From Caulobacterales bacterium (GTDB lineage: Bacteria > Pseudomonadota > Alphaproteobacteria > Caulobacterales > Aquidulcibacteraceae): 38,171 nt of DNA. The translations under genes were made by a program, and so were the position numbers. The notes below the pieces were generated by a model, which saw only the letters and a list, made by a program, of their open reading frames with translations, was not told the origin of the DNA and did not search any database. The stretch spans positions 1 through 38,171 of the forward strand of contig JBEVJO010000340.1 in assembly GCA_040510175.1 (NCBI GenBank), written 5' to 3'. Below, one piece after another: positions 31,895 through 38,171 of the stretch; positions within the stretch are counted from its first letter, which is position 1, and each line of letters starts with the position of its first letter.

Positions 31895-33388
31895 ATGACG
31901 GACATTGCGCAGCCAAGTTCGCTTCGCGTCCGGGCGACCCATGCCGTAGCCATGTTCACGATTTTGAGCGTCGGCGCGCGCGTCGTCATGCTGGTGAGCA
32001 ACTGGCTCCTGGGCTATTTCCTGGATCAGGAAGCGTTCGGCGTCATGGGGATGGTCGGCATCGTCACCACCCTCGCCTGGACCTTTGTGGGCTTCGGTCT
32101 GGACGATGTACTGATCCAACGCGGTCGATCGATTAGGCTTTGGGAGAGCACAACCTTTGCCGCCAGTTTGACGGTTGGGATTTTGGCCGGACTTTCCGTG
32201 GCTCTTTCGGCGCCGTTTTTTGGATGGATTTTTCGCGAGCCGGGCCTTGTCGGGCCTCTGATGGCGATGTCGCTCTGCATGCCAATCGCATCGTTATCAA
32301 CTGTGGCCAGTGCGAAGATTAGCTCGGAAATGGACTTTCCATTCTTTGTGCGCTGGAGCGTTGTCGAACTTCTGGTCGGTCAGATTTTGACAGTGATTTT
32401 GGCGCTTCTCCACTTCGGCGCCTACAGTTTCGTGCTGCCCGTCATTTTGGTGATGGTGTTGCGGGCGGTGGCCTATAACCTCAGGGCTCGCCCGAATTGG
32501 GGGATCATTCAGCGTGGTAAGCGGCGCCTTCTGATCCTGCGCAAGGGCGCGATGGTGGCAGGCGGAAAAGTCGCCGGCGGCCTTGTCACACAAGCAGATT
32601 ACCTGGTGCTGGCCCTTCTGACGAATACAACGGCGCTGGGCTATTACTTCTTCGCTTTTCGCATTGCCGCCTTGCCCGTTCGCACCATTGCGGGAAGCCT
32701 TGGGCAGGTGCTTTTCCCCGCGATGAGCAGTCACCGCGGCGATATCGCGCGCCAGTCGGCGTCGGCGATCAAGGCCGCTGCGCTTTTATGTTGGGTCGTG
32801 TCGCCACTGTGCTACCTGCAAATGGCCGTGGCGCGCCCACTGCTTGAGCTTTTCTTCGGCGACAAATGGGCGCTCTCGATTCCGGTGATCGAATTTCTGA
32901 GCGCTGGTCTGGCGATCGAGGCCGTGATGACGGTCATGCGTTCCTTCCTTAGCGCCGCCGGAAAATTTCATGTGGGCCTCACCTATTCGATCCTGCACGG
33001 CATTGGATATTCATGTGCGTGCTTGATTGGTGCGCTGTGGGGATCGATCAACGGTCTCGCGCTGGCGGTGTCGCTCTACTACATCATTACGCAACCGATC
33101 ATTTTTGTGTGGCTGGTGGATCAGTCCAGGCAAAAGATCAGGATGTTGATCGATATTTTCGTGCTGCCGTCGCTTGTGTCCGCTGCGAGTTTTGGCGCAG
33201 GTTTGGCGGTCAGCAAAAGCGCCTTCGTCCCTCAGGGTTATGTGTGGGAGATGGCGATTACCGCGCTTGTCGGCGGCGCCGCCTTCATTGGAATGTTGGC
33301 GTTCACGGCGCCAGCGATTTTTCGCGAATTGGTTGACCTGGGCAGGAGCTTTCTACGGCGCCGCAGGCCGATCCAAGCAAGCGCCTGA
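31895..33388 (+). CDS. Wzx-type polysaccharide flippase (MOP superfamily, Polysacc_synt family)
   Basis: The ORF is open from 31739. ATG at 31895 (MTDIAQPSS) precedes the first TM helix. About 12-14 TM helices are present. The N-terminal pattern ...GARVVMLVSNWLLGYFLDQEAFGVMGMV...GLDDVLIQ is typical of EPS/O-antigen translocases. Confidence 0.75.
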   Translation: MTDIAQPSSLRVRATHAVAMFTILSVGARVVMLVSNWLLGYFLDQEAFGVMGMVGIVTTLAWTFVGFGLDDVLIQRGRSIRLWESTTFAASLTVGILAGLSVALSAPFFGWIFREPGLVGPLMAMSLCMPIASLSTVASAKISSEMDFPFFVRWSVVELLVGQILTVILALLHFGAYSFVLPVILVMVLRAVAYNLRARPNWGIIQRGKRRLLILRKGAMVAGGKVAGGLVTQADYLVLALLTNTTALGYYFFAFRIAALPVRTIAGSLGQVLFPAMSSHRGDIARQSASAIKAAALLCWVVSPLCYLQMAVARPLLELFFGDKWALSIPVIEFLSAGLAIEAVMTVMRSFLSAAGKFHVGLTYSILHGIGYSCACLIGALWGSINGLALAVSLYYIITQPIIFVWLVDQSRQKIRMLIDIFVLPSLVSAASFGAGLAVSKSAFVPQGYVWEMAITALVGGAAFIGMLAFTAPAIFRELVDLGRSFLRRRRPIQASA

Positions 33389-33749
33389 GCAGGCCTGCAG
33401 GCTTGAGACCAAGCATGACGCTTTGATGACGGCTCATAGGCTTGACGGCTTGAGCACAACCTTTGCGGCGCGATTACACGCCAAACGCGACATTTTTTAA
33501 GGCACATTCCTTATGAGCCGCTCTCTAGCGAGCAAACACCGCACACTTTATTGGCGGGCGCGCTTGCTCATAACCCTGCAGGCAACGTACAACAAATGTT
33601 CGCTTTTTTTGGCGCGTACAAGGCTTCAAGATGAGCAAGTCCGAGGTTCGCTGACGCGAAGTCACGAACTTGGGCCCTGCTTGCTTTGAGGCGGCATGCC
33701 GACCGCTTGCCTGCTGACCTTATATGCCTGACGCCAAAGGTGCGAAAAG

Positions 33750-34892
33750 TTGATGGACGGATCTTTGTCTCAGCCCCTGCAAAAATTGCGCATTTTGCAT
33801 GTGCTCAATCACTGTGAGCGCGGGCACGGCAATGCTCATGTCGCAGTAGATCTTGCATGTGAGCAAACGAAGCGCGGCCACGCTGTCGGATATGTCAGTG
33901 CGGGCGGCTGGCTCGAAGACGTCCTTCTTGCAAACAATGTGCAGCTCATCCACTTGGATCAGACAACGGCGCGGCTGCGGCGTGCGCCCGCGATGGTAGC
34001 GCAGCTATGCAAGATCATCGACGAATTTAAGCCGGACATTGTTCACGCGCACATGATGGGAGCCGCCGTCATCGGTTTCGCTGCAACGCGCATCAAGGGC
34101 GTTCCATTTATCACGCACATCCATAATTCGTTCGATTTTCATTCCTTGCTGATGCGATTGGGCGACCGGATTATTGCGGTGAGCGAAGCGGTCGCGCGCC
34201 AAAGCATCGCGAGGGGGATGCCAAAAAGCAAAATACGGGTTGTGCTCAATGGCACTACCGGAACGGCTCGTCTGGCGGAGCCGCCGCCGCCGCCGATGGA
34301 TCTGCAGCGTCCATGCATTGGAACCGTCGCCGGATTGCATCCTCGCAAAGGCATCGACACCTTGATCAGCGCCTTTGAGCAGGTCTTTCAAGCCCGGCCT
34401 GATGTGCATCTTTATATCGCCGGCGTGGGGCCTTACGGAGAAGCTTACGAAAATCAGGCGAAGGCCAGCGCAGCAGCGGCGAATATTCATTTCCTCGGCT
34501 TTGTCATGGATCCCAGACCCTACTTGGCGTCGTTCGACGTTTTTGCGTTGCCGTCCCTCGCGGATCCGTTCGCTCTGGTTGTGCTGGAGGCGCGTTGGGC
34601 GGGATGCGCAATCGTTGTCAGTGATGTCGATGGCATGCCGGAGGCCGTGGACCACGGCAAAGCTGGCCGCCTGATTCCGCCCGGAAATCCGGACGCATTG
34701 GCGACGACGATGCTGGATGTGCTCAGGTCGCCTGAAAGCCTAGCCCAGGCAAAGCGAGCCGCTCGCACTGGTGCCGAACATTTTTCTGTCGGCCGGGTCG
34801 CGGACGATACCGAGCAAGTTTATCGTGAACTGATCTCTTCAATCGGATACGCTGCTGCGCAGACTGAGCTTAAGTCATCCGCCCCGACATAA
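33750..34892 (+). CDS. Glycosyltransferase, GT4 (group 1) family
   Basis: 380-aa ORF (TTG at 33750, ATG at 33753). LRILHVLNHCERGHGNAHVAVDLA is a GT-B N-domain. C-terminal FALPSLADPFALVVLEARWAGCAIVVSDVDGMPE. Confidence 0.85.
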   Translation: MMDGSLSQPLQKLRILHVLNHCERGHGNAHVAVDLACEQTKRGHAVGYVSAGGWLEDVLLANNVQLIHLDQTTARLRRAPAMVAQLCKIIDEFKPDIVHAHMMGAAVIGFAATRIKGVPFITHIHNSFDFHSLLMRLGDRIIAVSEAVARQSIARGMPKSKIRVVLNGTTGTARLAEPPPPPMDLQRPCIGTVAGLHPRKGIDTLISAFEQVFQARPDVHLYIAGVGPYGEAYENQAKASAAAANIHFLGFVMDPRPYLASFDVFALPSLADPFALVVLEARWAGCAIVVSDVDGMPEAVDHGKAGRLIPPGNPDALATTMLDVLRSPESLAQAKRAARTGAEHFSVGRVADDTEQVYRELISSIGYAAAQTELKSSAPT

Positions 34893-34947
34893 TCGTGGCC
34901 TGACGAAATCGGCGGCCGCCATCGACAACGCTAGAAGGAGGCTGAAA

Positions 34948-36024
34948 ATGTTCAAGTTGTCTCGCAGCGGCGTGGTGCGTTTCGCGGGCGTGTGCATTGT
35001 CGCTGCGTTGCTCGCTATTTGCGGCGCCGGCTTCATTGCCTACGCCAAAGAAAACGCAACGAAGCCCTATGCAATGCCGGTGAATCCGAACGGCGATCTC
35101 ATCTGGGGCGCGAACGGCCACCCCACGACTGCCTACGGCTCGGTGACGCTTGATGAGCAAATGGCGGCTTTGGCGCGCCTTGGTCTCACTTATTACCGCG
35201 TTGGCGCGCGCCTGGACATGATGGACGCGATGCTGGCGGCGGCGAAAAAGCACGGCATCACGTTGCTGCCTGTCGTGACCGGTGAGTTCGACTTGGAGAA
35301 GGACACGCCGGAGCAAATCTATCAGAAGACCTACGGCGCGGCGAAGGAAACTGCGAAACGCTATCGGGGTAAAATCAAGGTTTGGGAACTCCATAATGAG
35401 CTGGAGGTCCACGCCATCATTCTCCCTTGCGAGATGCGGGATGACGGCACTCAATATCCCTGCGAATGGGGACCGGCGGGTGGCGTGGGTCCCGGCGAAT
35501 ATTACGGCCCGCGCTGGAAGAAGGTCAGCGCCGCACTGCATGGATTATCCGACGGGATTGCAGCCGGAGATCCGAAAGCGTTGCGCGCCATAGGCGCCGC
35601 GGGCTGGGGCCATACCGGTATGTTCGAACGCCTCGAAGCGGACGGCGTGAAATGGGATATTTCCGTTTGGCACGTCTACCGCCTAGGGGGAGACGAATGG
35701 GCCTATGAAAAGCTGGCGAAGTTCAAGAAACCGATTTGGATCACGGAGTTCAATCATCCGTTTGGTAGCACAAACAGCGAGACGGAGCAGGCAAACGGTC
35801 TTGCGGCGATGATGAAAGAAATGCGCAAGATGCGGCGCTACGGCGTCGAGGCGGCGTTTGTTTACGAACTCTTGGACGAGCCTTATTGGACCAATTTCGA
35901 AGGTAAAATGGGCCTCATACGCTTGATAAAGAATCAGCGCGGAGAGTGGGTGTTGAGTTCGGACAAACCGGCGGCGGAAGCCGTTCAGTCGACGATCGAG
36001 AGTTGGGATGGATCGACCCAATAG
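34948..36024 (+). CDS. Secreted clan GH-A (GH5-like TIM-barrel) glycoside hydrolase, probable EPS-processing glycanase
   Basis: 358-aa ORF preceded by GGAGG. Signal-peptide-like N-terminus (VRFAGVCIVAALLAICGAGFIAYA). Acid/base motif VWELHNELE and nucleophile motif IWITEFN, at the spacing expected for clan GH-A. Confidence 0.65.
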   Translation: MFKLSRSGVVRFAGVCIVAALLAICGAGFIAYAKENATKPYAMPVNPNGDLIWGANGHPTTAYGSVTLDEQMAALARLGLTYYRVGARLDMMDAMLAAAKKHGITLLPVVTGEFDLEKDTPEQIYQKTYGAAKETAKRYRGKIKVWELHNELEVHAIILPCEMRDDGTQYPCEWGPAGGVGPGEYYGPRWKKVSAALHGLSDGIAAGDPKALRAIGAAGWGHTGMFERLEADGVKWDISVWHVYRLGGDEWAYEKLAKFKKPIWITEFNHPFGSTNSETEQANGLAAMMKEMRKMRRYGVEAAFVYELLDEPYWTNFEGKMGLIRLIKNQRGEWVLSSDKPAAEAVQSTIESWDGSTQ

Positions 36025-36041
36025 GCGCCGGTTGTCGCTCG

Positions 36042-37262
36042 CTAACCGAGTATTTCTGTAATTGCGCCGCGCCACTCTTGTGCAATCTTGTCGCCGTCAA
36101 AGCGGGCAATAGATTGGTTCAGCTGGATGCGACGCACATCCAGTTCTGGTTCACTCATTTCGGAAAGGCGGAGCAAAGCATCCCGGATCATCGACTCGTT
36201 CGAAGGGTCGACCGCGATGGCGGCATCCCCGGCGACTTCCTCCAATACCGAATTTGATGAGACAAGCGGAACCTGGCCGAACGAGATGGCTTCAGCCACC
36301 GGCATCCCAAAACCTTCCAAAAGGCTGGCTAGAATGAATCCCTTGGCGTGGGCATAGAGCCAGTTCAGTTCTGAGTCCGACACGTAGCTTAAAAGAACAA
36401 CGCCCGGGACTTCATGCGCCGCAGCTTCGACCGCTTGGTAACCGGGCTCTTTCGCTCCGCAGAGAACATATTTCACGCCGCGCTCCGCAAGCCCGGAATT
36501 TTGAAAAGCTTTTATGACGGTCAACTGATTTTTGCGAATACCGATCGCGCCGACCGTCAATAAGAACGGTCCATCAATTTGGCTCACTGCGGCCTGTGTC
36601 CGGTTGCTCTCGACTTGCCGAATTGCCGGATATATGACGCGCTTGCTTGATACTGGGGCGTTGGGAAAAAAACTTTCGAAAGCGCGTTCGGTGGCTTTGC
36701 TTACAAAAATAAGGTGTGGGCCCGCCTGCGCTATTTTTTTATAGGCCTCGGCATAAATCGCGCCAGTTTTGGAATCGAATAAATATGGATGGGACAGTGG
36801 ACCCATGTCGTGACAGATCACGGCGTCCATTGACGTCAGGCGCGCGGCCAAGACCGTAATCGGATCAATATGCAGGATCGGCCGCTTCGCTCTCTGCTTG
36901 GGCAATAGACTCAATGGTCCGCCAAGCGCCGTATTTATGATCTGCAAATGCTGTAGGCGTCCCGCAATCTTGCCTATCAGGTCGGACGGCGGCGCTTTTC
37001 GTCGAAGCCCGGCGTAATAGACGTCGCCGATCAGATCGTGGCAGGTGTCCAGGATGTCTTTGCCGATAAAGAACTTCCCCGTCCGATTATAGATGGACAA
37101 CGAAAACTCTACGTCGAGCAGCTTCGGAAGTGCTGAACTCTGCAAACGACTAACCCCACGACGAAATTGTTGGGTGCGCCATAGCATAGCGTACGGCGCC
37201 GCACCCAAAGCGAACTGCGATCCACAGCAAAAATTCCAGCACAACGGCCAGTTTAGCGTCAA
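36042..37262 (-). CDS. Glycosyltransferase, GT4 (group 1) family
   Basis: 406-aa ORF; the start is uncertain (alternative ATG at 37187). E-x7-E motif EGFGMPVAE followed by FGQVPLVSSNSVLEEVAGDAA. Confidence 0.8.
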   Translation of the reverse strand: MTLNWPLCWNFCCGSQFALGAAPYAMLWRTQQFRRGVSRLQSSALPKLLDVEFSLSIYNRTGKFFIGKDILDTCHDLIGDVYYAGLRRKAPPSDLIGKIAGRLQHLQIINTALGGPLSLLPKQRAKRPILHIDPITVLAARLTSMDAVICHDMGPLSHPYLFDSKTGAIYAEAYKKIAQAGPHLIFVSKATERAFESFFPNAPVSSKRVIYPAIRQVESNRTQAAVSQIDGPFLLTVGAIGIRKNQLTVIKAFQNSGLAERGVKYVLCGAKEPGYQAVEAAAHEVPGVVLLSYVSDSELNWLYAHAKGFILASLLEGFGMPVAEAISFGQVPLVSSNSVLEEVAGDAAIAVDPSNESMIRDALLRLSEMSEPELDVRRIQLNQSIARFDGDKIAQEWRGAITEILG

Positions 37263-37519
37263 TCAATGGACGCGCCGCTTCACGCCGCTCTCCGAATGTC
37301 AGCTCCGCCCCGCGATGCGCTCGCCTTTTAAGAGAAATATGAGGCCGCTAAATTGTCCGTTGCCTGTTGATTGAGAAAGCCTTGCGAAGCGTCTGCAGTG
37401 AAAATCTAGTCAATTCGTTGGGGGCCATGCGCGTGCGCCGCTGGCGCCTTGTGGCTGGTTTCTTCGGCATCTATAAAAACGAAGTTTAGTAAACCTCGAC
37501 AAGATCGAGTGGGCTTGGA

Positions 37520-37900
37520 GTGGCGGGCATGAGAGGTTTTATCGTTCTGGCGACGTTCGGCTTGGGATTGCTGTCCGCTTCATGTGCGCCCTCGTCCGGC
37601 GCCTCAACGGAGATAACGACCACGCAATGTGAAACGCCGGAAAGCGGCATCATCCGGGCCCCATCTCCGGGGCTCGAGGAGATCAAGCTAACTGGACCGA
37701 TCATGGTGACGATGCTCGCCCCGGTCATTGATCCTGCTAATCCTCATCCATTTATCGTCTATTGGAGCAACGGAAATGTGGGCTTCCTGACGAGCGACCT
37801 TAAGGGACCATTTTATTTGGCGTCCGGCGAAACGCTTTCCGGCGTGCAAGAACACATGCCAAGTCCCGTTGTATATTCCGGCTGCCGGATTGAAGAATAA
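37520..37900 (+). CDS. Small secreted protein or possible lipoprotein of unknown function
   Basis: 126-aa ORF (GTG at 37520, ATG at 37529). Hydrophobic N-terminus FIVLATFGLGLLSASC has a weak lipobox-like LSASC. I recognise no family. Confidence 0.4.
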   Translation: MAGMRGFIVLATFGLGLLSASCAPSSGASTEITTTQCETPESGIIRAPSPGLEEIKLTGPIMVTMLAPVIDPANPHPFIVYWSNGNVGFLTSDLKGPFYLASGETLSGVQEHMPSPVVYSGCRIEE

Positions 37901-37997
37901 GAGCTGCTAGGCTTGGCCGATCATACGGCCAATGGAGCATGCGGCGGTCGACATGGGTGGCCGAGGCGCTTGGGCGCGCCAAGGGGGAGGCGCCGGC

Positions 37998-38171
37998 ATG
38001 ATTTCCAACCTTCATGTTTTGCGCGCCGTCGCCGCCTTGGGGGTAGTGTGGTATCACACCCATCCGATTTTGAATTCTGCGTTTGACGTAGATTTTTGGA
38101 CGGATTTCGGCGATGCCGGGGTCGACATCTTCTTTGTCATCTCCGGCTTCATCATGTTTCACTCCAACAAG
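37998..38171 (+). CDS. 5' part of an acyltransferase-3 family (OafA/ExoZ-like O-acyltransferase) gene, truncated by the window edge
   Basis: This ORF is not in the ORF track because it has no stop. The ATG at 37998 is preceded by AAGGGGGAGG. My own translation gives MISNLHVLRAVAALGVVWYHTHPILNSAFDVDFWTDFGDAGVDIFFVISGFIMFHSNK. The LRAVAAL..V..H and GVDIFFVISGF motifs are typical of acyltransferase_3. Confidence 0.75.
   Translation, partial: MISNLHVLRAVAALGVVWYHTHPILNSAFDVDFWTDFGDAGVDIFFVISGFIMFHSNK

Noticed and set aside
33400-33454. GGCTTGA occurring three times (33400, 33439, 33447), plus the palindrome GCAGGCCTGC, downstream of the flippase stop. An 8-bp inverted repeat TTATGAGC/GCTCATAA also occurs at 33512-33574.
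   Set aside because: These elements are short, could arise by chance, and show no clear hairpin geometry or consensus. They are noted only as candidates for motif searches.
37913-37932. Hairpin TTGGCCG-ATCATA-CGGCCAA just after the small ORF stop.
   Set aside because: The 7-bp stem has no following T-run. It may be a weak terminator, but the support is insufficient.
37800-38162. 120-aa minus-strand ORF.
   Set aside because: It overlaps both the 3' end of the small secreted-protein gene and the well-supported acyltransferase-3 start on the opposite strand, and it has no motifs.
1-38171. Search by eye for CRISPR arrays, tRNA/rRNA genes, IS elements, integrases or terminal inverted repeats that would mark the NRPS-PKS block as a mobile insertion.
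   Set aside because: None was recognised. No transposase or integrase-like ORF appears in the six-frame track, and there are no long direct or inverted repeats at the operon borders. A computational repeat and composition scan is still needed.

Overview
GC-rich bacterial accessory locus. The ExoP/ExoY-type gene set suggests an alphaproteobacterium, but that is inference only. The backbone is a Wzx/Wzy-dependent exopolysaccharide or capsule cluster. It encodes a priming polyprenyl-phosphate sugar-phosphate transferase, six glycosyltransferases (4 GT4-like, 2 GT2-like), a Wzx-type flippase and a Wzy/O-antigen-ligase-like polymerase. It also encodes two ExoP/Wzc-like co-polymerase/tyrosine-kinase paralogues, a secreted clan GH-A glycanase, a methyltransferase-like protein and, at the right edge, the start of an acyltransferase-3 gene. 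A tight ~19.6 kb minus-strand operon (31646 down to 12021) sits inside this glycan locus and in the same orientation as flanking glycan genes. It runs GT2, GT4, then a three-protein hybrid NRPS-PKS line: A-PCP; KS-AT-ACP-aminotransferase-C-A-PCP; C-C-(A-subdomain remnant)-PCP-TE. A membrane-tethered PAF-AH-like serine hydrolase and two paralogous JmjC/cupin oxygenase-like genes follow. An Sfp-type phosphopantetheinyl transferase lies among the glycan genes. Specificity residues read by hand predict a Val starter, malonyl extension, beta-keto transamination, then Gly. The last synthetase has two condensation domains that both lack the second His of HHxxxDG, an orphan A-subdomain remnant, and a thioesterase with Cys at the nucleophile elbow. 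One of the two ExoP paralogues has a degenerate kinase domain. I saw no rRNA, tRNA, CRISPR array or recognisable IS/transposase. I cannot run database searches, so any claim of novelty is inference.
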